Shown here: in pieces, positions 18,309-26,085 of the stretch
How positions within the stretch are numbered: the stretch's first letter is position 1
How the letters are laid out: each line of letters begins with the position of its first letter
Origin: a virus
Taxonomy: Duplodnaviria; Caudoviricetes
Strand: one strand, 5' to 3'
DNA length: 64,000 nt
IMG/VR virus record: IMGVR_UViG_3300030330_000562
Coordinates: 22,434-86,433 of that record
The notes under the pieces: generated by a model
Told to the model about the DNA's origin: nothing
The model's input: the letters and a program-made list of their open reading frames with translations, nothing else
Databases searched by the model: none
Made by a program: the position numbers and the translations under genes

Positions 18309-19927
18309 TAGTCATCCTCCTCTTTTCTTTTCCAAATACCATCTGTTTCATCAAGCTCTAGCTCATCACCCTCAGCTTCTTCAATAGATATAGTGTCACC
18401 TACATGAGTGATAGCTTTCTGATCGGCAGCATATACCTCACCATCCCAATCGGATATGAAGTAAGTACCTGCATCAATAGCACGTTGACTGATATAGCAA
18501 TCCTGATCCTCACAATAGTAGGCTAGGTCAGTGTGCCAGTACTCATCGTCATTATCACAGTACATGAAGTGATCACCATACTCAACAGCCCAATCACTAA
18601 CACGCTCCTCAGTATAACCATTTCTACAACCGTAAGGTACATAGACCGTGTAAGACTGATCAACGTGATAATCTGCATCTGCATACTCGCAATAGAAATG
18701 CTCATCATAATAGCAGTCATTGCAGTAGTGCTGCTCAGTATACTCACTAAAGTAATATTCTGTCTCCATCAAACCACAACCACAATTATCACACTGACAA
18801 TCGTGAACACTAAGTGTACCTGAGTAGCCACTGGCATCAATGTCACCAGCATCAGAGATGATAAGATACTCACCATTGTCATGTAATCTGCGTGGCTCAG
18901 GGTCAAGGTATGGTGCATAGAAAGAATCCTCATCATCATCGACTGGCTTACGCACTAGCCTAGCACCCTCCCATGCACCATCACAACCATACTCACCACC
19001 GTTGGTATTGATATGATGCTCTATCAAATCTATAGCTTGCTCTGACACACCATATATCGGACCGCCTCTGTACGTGCCATCGGGCATGACACGAACCACA
19101 CAACGAGATGCGATCTTACCGTCTGCATCTTCTGACCATAAGATCTTGAAGTCACCACTTGCGTAGACTGACACTGGATGTACAGGCAAGTGATCGAAAT
19201 CATACCGCATACATGATGATGCACTAGACTTACGTTGATAAGTGGTGTTGATATTGTCAGTAGGGGCTTGCGTCCATGAGTATGCTTTGACAAAGTCTGC
19301 TGCATCTGTACCCTCCTTGAGAAATAGCTTACGTGTAGCAAACCTGTTAAGATACATATCAGTAAGCTCAATAATCTGTTTATGTTCTAGCTCAGGAAAC
19401 ATCATAGAAAATGCACGAGCTGGCTTCATGGCAACCTCACGCTCACGCTCAAAGCGATCACGAGCCGATTGATACATGGTGATCTTAGGTGCAAACCGTT
19501 TGGATCTGCGAGGTGAGAAGCATCGCATACGTATTGTAATCTTGACCTCAGTTTTTACTGCAAGAGTACCTCCAGTCACTCGTGATAATGCTCGGTCAAA
19601 CCATGTGATTAGTGTATCGTCACGGTCACGATTCCACATATTTACCTCATCGTAGTTACCCCATGCCTTGAGTACAGGGTCAATCTCATCAGGTGCAGAC
19701 CAGTCACGTTTAACAACAAAGCCATTCTCCTGTGGCTCTGATACTAAGAACTTCATGTCATTGATCCAGATAGTACCACCAGTCAACTCTCTAGTGTTGT
19801 CGTAGTGTACATTTATCTGTGGCATATCCACATCGTAGTTCTTGTACAGCTCAAGTTGTGAAGCAAGGTGTGCATTGTATGCAGTGACCTTGTCCATATC
19901 ATGAGGCATTAACCAATATTTAGCCAT
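18308..19927 (-). CDS. Hypothetical protein with a possible PcfJ-like core and a Cys/Tyr/Asp-rich C-terminus
   Basis: 539 aa. SSCM..HPV.VY..GD..I, R.V.R, GPIYG and PYLD motifs, followed by CxxC repeats and an acidic tail. Confidence 0.55.
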   Translation of the reverse strand: MAKYWLMPHDMDKVTAYNAHLASQLELYKNYDVDMPQINVHYDNTRELTGGTIWINDMKFLVSEPQENGFVVKRDWSAPDEIDPVLKAWGNYDEVNMWNRDRDDTLITWFDRALSRVTGGTLAVKTEVKITIRMRCFSPRRSKRFAPKITMYQSARDRFEREREVAMKPARAFSMMFPELEHKQIIELTDMYLNRFATRKLFLKEGTDAADFVKAYSWTQAPTDNINTTYQRKSSASSCMRYDFDHLPVHPVSVYASGDFKILWSEDADGKIASRCVVRVMPDGTYRGGPIYGVSEQAIDLIEHHINTNGGEYGCDGAWEGARLVRKPVDDDEDSFYAPYLDPEPRRLHDNGEYLIISDAGDIDASGYSGTLSVHDCQCDNCGCGLMETEYYFSEYTEQHYCNDCYYDEHFYCEYADADYHVDQSYTVYVPYGCRNGYTEERVSDWAVEYGDHFMYCDNDDEYWHTDLAYYCEDQDCYISQRAIDAGTYFISDWDGEVYAADQKAITHVGDTISIEEAEGDELELDETDGIWKRKEEDD

Positions 19928-19928
19928 G

Positions 19929-20420
19929 TTAGTTCCTCCATTCTGGCTCTCTACCCCAACGCCATGTCAGGGTAATATTGTTTTCTTTCCAACGATCATT
20001 CATATACATCCGATACGCTTGATGCACGTCATCAACATCTGAATAATCAACTCCACGTTCTAAATTCCTAGCACAGTTGGCAAACGGTGTCAACCCCTCA
20101 CTAGGAAAATATCCACTATCTGCATACTTTTGAAAGTCAGTAAGCAGATTAGCAGACTTGTGCAACCCATCCTTCTGTAAGAATAGGTGTGACATATGAC
20201 TAAGCAACCACTTGAAGTTAGCTCGTGATTGCCTAGCCCAGATTGTACAAGGGTGGTTCAAGTATGCCACCTTGTACACCGATAAGTCAGTATCTGGACA
20301 CAGTATACGCACTGCGGTAGACAACATTTGCGCAGATTCCAATATCATTTTGTTCTTGCGAATGTCGTCTAACCACTGTGCAGACTGCATCGGACACTTA
20401 TCCAATGCAAATATATTCAT
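19929..20420 (-). CDS. Pyrimidine-dimer DNA glycosylase (DenV/Pyr_excise-like)
   Basis: MNIF.L...P..SA..L.D....KM.LESAQMLSTA...HPCTIW signature. Confidence 0.75.
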   Translation of the reverse strand: MNIFALDKCPMQSAQWLDDIRKNKMILESAQMLSTAVRILCPDTDLSVYKVAYLNHPCTIWARQSRANFKWLLSHMSHLFLQKDGLHKSANLLTDFQKYADSGYFPSEGLTPFANCARNLERGVDYSDVDDVHQAYRMYMNDRWKENNITLTWRWGREPEWRN

Positions 20421-20423
20421 GTA

Positions 20424-20792
20424 TTAATTACTCCCATCACCCATGCTTTTATTGATTATAGCTTGTGCAAAGTCATTGAGCTTACCACTAAGCCATGCAT
20501 TGTCGTCCTTCTGAGCTTGCTTGAGCTGCATCAACTCAGCCTTAACCTTGTTATGCTCAGTCTTAAGCACCTTGAAGTTCTTAGCTATTCTCTCAGCTTT
20601 AGTTGGCATAGGTAGACGCTTTGCAACTTTTAGAGAGAAGCCATGCTTTCTAAGCCACAGAATAAGCGCAGATCTGTGCATACCGAAGTGGTCACACACT
20701 TCCTGTTGTGTTATAGATGGATTGCCCATGTACATTTGACACGCTGCAATTTGAACTTCTACATCGAAACGATTACCATTTGAATTACCCAT
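20424..20792 (-). CDS. HTH-containing early protein with a coiled-coil C-terminus
   Basis: ITQQEVCDHFGMHRSALILWLRK is helix-turn-helix-like. Confidence 0.55.
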   Translation of the reverse strand: MGNSNGNRFDVEVQIAACQMYMGNPSITQQEVCDHFGMHRSALILWLRKHGFSLKVAKRLPMPTKAERIAKNFKVLKTEHNKVKAELMQLKQAQKDDNAWLSGKLNDFAQAIINKSMGDGSN

Positions 20793-20814
20793 AATGATCT
20801 CCTATAATTTGGGT

Positions 20815-21162
20815 TTAAATTAAACTGCGAACTTCCGCAGTCACGTTATAGTCTGCGACAAACCATCCACCATTGAATGATATACTGTACAGACCAAAGT
20901 TTGGATCAGACTGTTTAATTGCTGATACAATATCAGACAGACTTTCACCAGACATCTTTACAGTTTTGGTATCACTACCATCAAAGTACGTACCCTCAAG
21001 CACGTACTCATCCACCATCTTTACAGCTTGAGCAACCTGAGCATAAGCATAAGCTGCTAGTTGTCTTTTCCAAAACGGTGTAAGTTTAGGCTTACTTGCA
21101 CCAAACTTAGAACGTTTTACTGACAGAATTTTTTCTGTTTCTTGTAATTCATGTATCAACAT
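20815..21162 (-). CDS. Early hypothetical protein
   Basis: 115 aa. The C-terminal half resembles the neighbouring 21177..21401. Confidence 0.6.
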   Translation of the reverse strand: MLIHELQETEKILSVKRSKFGASKPKLTPFWKRQLAAYAYAQVAQAVKMVDEYVLEGTYFDGSDTKTVKMSGESLSDIVSAIKQSDPNFGLYSISFNGGWFVADYNVTAEVRSLI

Positions 21163-21176
21163 TGTTTACAAACCCT

Positions 21177-21401
21177 TCATTCGTTAGACACAATACGGCT
21201 GACAGTATCCTCTGCAAACTTTATAGTACCATCGGGTAGATGCACCTCAAGCTCCATGTTGGTATGCCCGAAGTCACTATCCCTGCGTTGCAATCTACAC
21301 ACGATTTCATTTAGACTACTACCTGTTTCATCTAACATTACTGGTTCTTCTGCACCCATTGGGTAATACCAACCAGTTAAAATTACACTATGATTTTCCA
21401 T
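21177..21401 (-). CDS. Early hypothetical protein
   Basis: 74 aa with SD GGTGAGG upstream. Confidence 0.6.
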   Translation of the reverse strand: MENHSVILTGWYYPMGAEEPVMLDETGSSLNEIVCRLQRRDSDFGHTNMELEVHLPDGTIKFAEDTVSRIVSNE

Positions 21402-21556
21402 TATGTATCCTCACCATCATTAATAAATACTACAATTTTAAAACCGAAATTCTCAGTTTCATAGTCCTCACCCTTGATATAATCAAAAATTATATCTCGC
21501 ATGATGTCAATATCTGAGCAATCAAACTCAGTTAATTCAATTTCTTTTATTGCCAT
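21401..21556 (-). CDS. Small acidic early protein (not in the ORF track)
   Basis: MAIKEIELTEFDCSDIDIMRDIIFDYIKGEDYETENFGFKIVVFINDGEDT (51 aa), TAATG overlap with the next gene. Confidence 0.55.
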   Translation of the reverse strand: MAIKEIELTEFDCSDIDIMRDIIFDYIKGEDYETENFGFKIVVFINDGEDT

Positions 21557-21656
21557 TTATATACCTTTCACAAATTGAACGGATGCGTGTGATGACAATG
21601 ACTTTACCATTGTCACCATACAACACCCACTTTTTACCATTATATACTAACTTCAT
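21537..21656 (-). CDS. Small early protein
   Basis: MKLVYNGKKWVLYGDNGKVIVITRIRSICERYINGNKRN, the 3' part of track ORF 21537..21731. Confidence 0.5.
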   Translation of the reverse strand: MKLVYNGKKWVLYGDNGKVIVITRIRSICERYINGNKRN

Positions 21657-21900
21657 GATCTTCATACTCATCCACAAATTCCACATTGTAGTCAAGTATC
21701 TCAACCCATTTAAGTCCATACACGTGTGCATAGTAACCGTTTACGTGTCCACTTGACGCACCATGTCTAGGACAAGTCGCATTTCGCAATACGTCTGGCT
21801 CACCACGAAAGTTTTCTATCGGATCATTCAATGATACTGGTTGCATATCATCCTCAGTTACTAGGCGAAATGTTGCCCCATTAAAGTTTTCTTCAATCAT
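21640..21900 (-). CDS. Early hypothetical protein
   Basis: 86 aa, SD AAGGAG, preceded by the conserved hairpin repeat. Confidence 0.7.
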   Translation of the reverse strand: MIEENFNGATFRLVTEDDMQPVSLNDPIENFRGEPDVLRNATCPRHGASSGHVNGYYAHVYGLKWVEILDYNVEFVDEYEDHEVSI

Positions 21901-21913
21901 GTTATACTCCTTC

Positions 21914-21964
21914 TCTCTAGATTAACATGAGAAAACACCTGACAAAATATTATCAGGTGTTTAT
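21914..21964 (-). repeat. 51-bp leader repeat with covarying hairpin (copy 1)
   Basis: 46 of 51 positions are identical to 22252..22302, and all 5 differences preserve minus-strand pairing. Confidence 0.9.
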
Positions 21965-21983
21965 TCGGTTAACCATCGATTAA

Positions 21984-22241
21984 TTATGCTAGATCATAAT
22001 CATAATCTTTTGGATACATCTCACCTACAAAACTTTCCTCATCAAAGTTATGGAATTCATCACTTTCACGAATTCGATCAAAGCAAATAAACTTATCATA
22101 ATCATTAGTAAAATACCGGATGCAATCACAATAAGTTATAGCCTTTTGATAATACTTATTCCTCAAATCTCTTTGCTTTGCTCTATCGGATCTTTTGATA
22201 CAATAAATCGCTTTTCTTTCCCATTGATAAACTATGTTCAT
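21984..22241 (-). CDS. Early hypothetical protein
   Basis: 85 aa, preceded by hairpin repeat copy 2 and SD AAAGGG. Confidence 0.65.
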   Translation of the reverse strand: MNIVYQWERKAIYCIKRSDRAKQRDLRNKYYQKAITYCDCIRYFTNDYDKFICFDRIRESDEFHNFDEESFVGEMYPKDYDYDLA

Positions 22242-22251
22242 GTTTTCCCTT

Positions 22252-22302
22252 TCTCTAGATTAACATGAGAAAACACCCGACAGAATACTATCGGGTGCTT
22301 AT
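22252..22302 (-). repeat. 51-bp leader repeat with covarying hairpin (copy 2)
   Basis: See 21914..21964. Confidence 0.9.
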
Positions 22303-22324
22303 CCAATGTTAAGCAAAGTGTTAT

Positions 22325-22333
22325 ATTATAACA
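22325..22333 (-). promoter_or_regulatory. Extended -10 promoter (TG-T-TATAAT)
   Basis: Perfect TGnTATAAT on the minus strand about 25 nt upstream of hairpin copy 2, inside the palindrome TGTTATA-T-TATAACA (22319..22333). Confidence 0.55.
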
Positions 22334-22849
22334 TTACGCTGCCGCTGTAACGCCTTTTTTATCCATAATCTTTTGATTGTTTAATTCTTTTTGAACCACT
22401 TGCAATGCTGCAATCATAGCACCAATACGCTCTGGATTGCGTTTTGCTACACCTTGAGCATACTTAACTGGATCAAAATCTACTACTTCTGTTTCTGTTC
22501 TAAATGCACTAGACCATTTAGATCCACGCATTGAAATACCGTCTGCTACCAACTGATTAAGTGTATCAACTGCACTATTTGTAAGTGTAGCATTTTTAGT
22601 TTTGATACGATATTGATTAGTCTTTTTATCAATATTAATATTAACACCTGACCAGATCGATCTGATAGTCAACTCAAAATTATTAGCACCGTCTTTTTTA
22701 GATTTAATCTTATCTAACATCATAGCAATAATCGAAGTATCACCAGTTTTGATAGCATGGTTTACAGCATCAAGAGTGTTTTGACCCATTGCAATTCCGT
22801 TGCCTAAGTTACGTGAAAAGTTACCTACGAATTTTTTAATATCTTGCAT
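22334..22849 (-). CDS. First early gene, hypothetical protein
   Basis: 171 aa, SD AGGAG, first ORF of the minus-strand arm. Confidence 0.75.
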   Translation of the reverse strand: MQDIKKFVGNFSRNLGNGIAMGQNTLDAVNHAIKTGDTSIIAMMLDKIKSKKDGANNFELTIRSIWSGVNINIDKKTNQYRIKTKNATLTNSAVDTLNQLVADGISMRGSKWSSAFRTETEVVDFDPVKYAQGVAKRNPERIGAMIAALQVVQKELNNQKIMDKKGVTAAA

Positions 22850-23989
22850 TTTAATCTCCTATTAATGCAATTACTGTTGTCGATATAACATCATGTTATA
22901 CCGTCAATATACTTAATAAATATATTGAGAGTATAACATAGGGCATCAAGTATAAAACTTAATGCCCTAAAACTTTTCATCTTATAGCGTTTATTCCCTA
23001 ATGTTTTGAACCATAGTCAAAGGCTCAAAATAAATAGTCGCTTGATATAGAAAGTTTGCCCATACCGCACCACTATTTAGAACTATTACTTTTTTCATTT
23101 CTGGTTTTGCATTTGTCCACCAGTGACCCGTCCACCTTGCGTTATAAAGTTACCGCTAATAGTTGGCATCTGAAAAACTCTTGCGATTTTTCTCGACTGT
23201 TTCCTAGTCTGAAATCAATACTTTTTTGATCCTAACTTATATGAAACCACGGAGAACATGTAGAAATAAATTCCCTTATATCAGCTATACCGTAAGCGAA
23301 TAACCTAGTTTATCGGTCAATGCAGCGTTACCATAACTGCATATTGGTTTACTGTAACTAAATGTTACTGGATAGATCTACTAGTTAAACCACCAATTGA
23401 GAATAACCACTCAGTGTAGATCTAAAATGTCAAATATCGTGGGCTTAAAGGTAAGGGCTGAAACTCCGACTACTGCCTTGCCATAAACAACAGCTAGTTC
23501 GGTATTTTCAAAGACAAGAAAAAAATTATAACCTATTGATTTTAAAAGAAAGAAAGTTGAAATTAAAAGGTCACAACTGTTGACCTAGCTAATATAATAA
23601 TCCAGCCAGATAGCTCTAAAAAATCAGTGAAAAAATCAGTATGGGTATACATAACTTTTCAGTTTTTCGCTCCAGCTAGTAAATGTTATGTTATAACATC
23701 CAGAATAGCAGCTATTTAATAATATATTGTATAATTTACTGAATAAAATCAGTTAGTTACCTTAAAAATTACGATAGTTTCTACAAACGGGCTAAACGCA
23801 ATGTTATAACATAACGGCCGTATGGGTCACACGGGGTATACCCGTACGTATATATGCCCAATGACAGAGATGTGATTTTTTAGTTTGGACAAAATGTCGC
23901 ACCTTTTCCCTAAAACTAGCTGTTAACCTTTATTTTGTGATCACAAATATAAAAACGCAACGTCATTTAAAATAAAATTAAAAAAGTAG

Positions 23990-24018
23990 TTGACTTCGGG
24001 GGCAACATACATTATAAT
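23990..24018 (+). promoter_or_regulatory. Sigma70-type promoter
   Basis: TTGACT-N17-TATAAT with an A-rich UP region. Confidence 0.8.
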
Positions 24019-24019
24019 T

Positions 24020-24107
24020 ATACTTAATGTATACTTAAAGTAACCTTAAGTTTATTAATTACTACTAATATTAATAGTTATTATATACTTTAAGTAACTT
24101 TAAGTAT
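24020..24107. repeat. AT-rich element with ATACTTAAAGT / ACTTTAAGTAT inverted arms (copy 2)
   Basis: ATACTTAA(T/A)GT twice at 24020 and 24031, ACTTTAAGTA(T) twice at 24087 and 24097, TACTACT..ATTAATA core. Confidence 0.75.
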
Positions 24108-24177
24108 ACTTTAGTCATTACTAGAAACGATAAGAAAATAAAAATTAAACTTTTTTTGTCGTAGCACATAAAAAGTG

Positions 24178-24206
24178 TTGACTTTACCAAAAAATTTAGG
24201 TATAAC
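24178..24206 (+). promoter_or_regulatory. Sigma70-type promoter
   Basis: TTGACT-N17-TATAAC immediately upstream of the first late-arm ORF. Confidence 0.75.
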
Positions 24207-24209
24207 TAG

Positions 24210-24464
24210 ATGAAGAAACCAGCAATGTATTCTTCTGACAATGTCGTAGAAGAATTTTACAGGGCATTAGCTTCAGAAGATGAAGGTAAACTACGTAGAG
24301 TACACATTCCTAGATCCGATGTGTTCTACATTAGAGAAAAAATACGAAATGATACAGGTATAAAGTACTCTCTAGACAGGGTAGAGAGAGCTATGTACCT
24401 TGAAGGTCATTTAAAAGCACGAGATGTACTAGATCCTAGAAGAAAACGAGATTGGGAAGACTAA
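24210..24464 (+). CDS. Hypothetical protein
   Basis: 84 aa. The true start may be the ATG at 24225, given the promoter position. Confidence 0.7.
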   Translation: MKKPAMYSSDNVVEEFYRALASEDEGKLRRVHIPRSDVFYIREKIRNDTGIKYSLDRVERAMYLEGHLKARDVLDPRRKRDWED

Positions 24465-24794
24465 ATGGTAGTAGACTTTGACATTGATGGTGATGGAAAG
24501 GTTACAGAAGAAGAAGTAGCCATGAAAGAACGTATGCTTGAGATAGAGCTACGTGAAGAAAAGGCAGAATCACAAAAATTTATGGCTTGGGTAGCTATGG
24601 GTATGATGATTATTTTCACTATCTTCTTATTTACCCCATTAATGTCAGATTCTAGAGTAAATGCCCTTGCAGATTTGCTTGGGCTATTTTATATTGCACA
24701 AACTGGTGTAGTAGCAGCCTATATGGGCGCAACAGCTTATATGGCAGGTAAGCCAATGGGCAATAAAATGGCAATGAAAAAGGATATGAGATAA
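24465..24794 (+). CDS. Putative holin with an N-terminal EF-hand-like loop
   Basis: Two transmembrane segments, located near the endolysin gene, with DIDGDGKVTEEE at the N-terminus. Confidence 0.6.
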   Translation: MVVDFDIDGDGKVTEEEVAMKERMLEIELREEKAESQKFMAWVAMGMMIIFTIFLFTPLMSDSRVNALADLLGLFYIAQTGVVAAYMGATAYMAGKPMGNKMAMKKDMR

Positions 24795-25078
24795 TGGTGG
24801 AGGAAAAAAAATCAGGGTATCATCCTGGAGGTAGAGTAAGAGGAAGACCTGTGAGAAGGGGTAGACCTACTCAAGCTAGACCTACATCAAGAAGAAGACA
24901 ACAAGTAGCTTCTAAAATTAATGCACCTGGAATACGTGAAACTTTAGCTAAAAAAAGAACTATTAGATCTACAGGAAGACCTTCAACAAGAAGGAAACCT
25001 CCATCAAGAGCTAATCCAATAAGCAGATTTAATCAAGCTAGCAGAAGAGCTATGGGCAGATTTAACAGGAGAAAATAA
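24794..25078 (+). CDS. Arg-rich basic protein
   Basis: 94 aa, very R/P/S-rich, contains YHPGG near the N-terminus. Confidence 0.6.
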   Translation: MVEEKKSGYHPGGRVRGRPVRRGRPTQARPTSRRRQQVASKINAPGIRETLAKKRTIRSTGRPSTRRKPPSRANPISRFNQASRRAMGRFNRRK

Positions 25079-25545
25079 TGGGTTTTAGATTAAGTCAGAG
25101 ATCACTGGATAAATTAGAGGGTGTACACCCAGCTATGACTGGAGTTGTCGAAAGAGCTATTCAACTTACAGATGTAGACTTTGGAGTTACGCAGGGTATA
25201 CGTACTCTAGATGAGCAGAAGGCTAATGTAGCTGCAGGAAGATCTCAGACTATGAAATCTAAGCACTTATTACAGGATGATGGCTTCAGTCATGCGGTGG
25301 ATGTAGTAGCTTATGTAGGATCAGACGTATCCTGGGAGTTAAACCTCTACGATAACATCTGTGACGCATTTAAAAAGGCTGCAGAAGAAACTGAAGCAGC
25401 CGTAAAGTGGGGTGCTGCCTGGTCTGAGGGAGATATTAGGTCGTATCCCGGCACAGCAGAGGATGCAATGATGGCATACGTAGACTTACGTAGATCACAG
25501 GGACGTAGACCTTTCATTGATGCACCTCACTTTGAGTTAATGTAG
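25078..25545 (+). CDS. Endolysin, M15 family L-Ala-D-Glu peptidase
   Basis: LEGVHP, G.RT..EQ, SKHL...HAVD, D.PHFEL zinc-peptidase motifs. Confidence 0.9.
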   Translation: MGFRLSQRSLDKLEGVHPAMTGVVERAIQLTDVDFGVTQGIRTLDEQKANVAAGRSQTMKSKHLLQDDGFSHAVDVVAYVGSDVSWELNLYDNICDAFKKAAEETEAAVKWGAAWSEGDIRSYPGTAEDAMMAYVDLRRSQGRRPFIDAPHFELM

Positions 25546-25754
25546 TGAAAGAGTTTTTATTAGTTATAAGTATGTGGGGCAACACTGGTGAAGAGTGGGT
25601 ATACACAGGTAATCAGTATATTATGCAGGAACTGTTTACTGAGCAACAGTGTGAAATAATTGCTCAAAATGCAAACTGGGAAAAGTATGAAGAGAATGAA
25701 TACTTAGGTTTGCAGTTTGATTGTTTTAACAAAGCTGATAGGCAGTGGAAATAG
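25545..25754 (+). CDS. Small protein with an N-terminal hydrophobic segment and two Cys
   Basis: 69 aa. Shares an F.TEQ.C motif with 26986..27180. Confidence 0.6.
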   Translation: MKEFLLVISMWGNTGEEWVYTGNQYIMQELFTEQQCEIIAQNANWEKYEENEYLGLQFDCFNKADRQWK

Positions 25755-25755
25755 T

Positions 25756-26085
25756 AGTATGGAAAATTTAAAACTTCCAGTAGCTCTTGTAGCTGCAATG
25801 GCTATACAACTGGCAGGTGGTGTTTGGTGGGTATCTCAACAATCAGCCACTATAACTTCTTTAGAAGAAACAGTATCTCAACTAGGATCTCGTATGGCTA
25901 TTGAAGATAACATAAATCTTAAAAGAGATGCCAAGCAAGCCTTAGATGAAATAGAAGAGCTTTGGGAAGAGACTCAATTTCTTTGGGAAGAAGCTAATAG
26001 TATGGCTAAACATATGACATCTATTATAGAACTACAACAACGTATTGCCATAGTAGAAAATACTTTAACTTACGTGAGTCCTTAA
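25756..26085 (+). CDS. Membrane-anchored coiled-coil protein (possible i-spanin-like)
   Basis: Likely start near MENLKLP within track ORF 25717..26085. N-terminal transmembrane segment followed by a coiled coil. Confidence 0.5.
   Translation, partial: SMENLKLPVALVAAMAIQLAGGVWWVSQQSATITSLEETVSQLGSRMAIEDNINLKRDAKQALDEIEELWEETQFLWEEANSMAKHMTSIIELQQRIAIVENTLTYVSP

Larger units (their letters stand above)
22850..24209. other. About 1.36 kb non-coding divergent control region and probable site of the physical genome ends
   Basis: No track ORF of 60 aa or more. Rich in palindromes and short repeats. Both arms are transcribed away from it. Confidence 0.65.

Noticed and set aside
16000-24209. T7-like single-subunit RNA polymerase or phage-specific promoter series
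   Set aside because: No ORF of suitable size or motif is present. The promoters seen are host sigma70-type.
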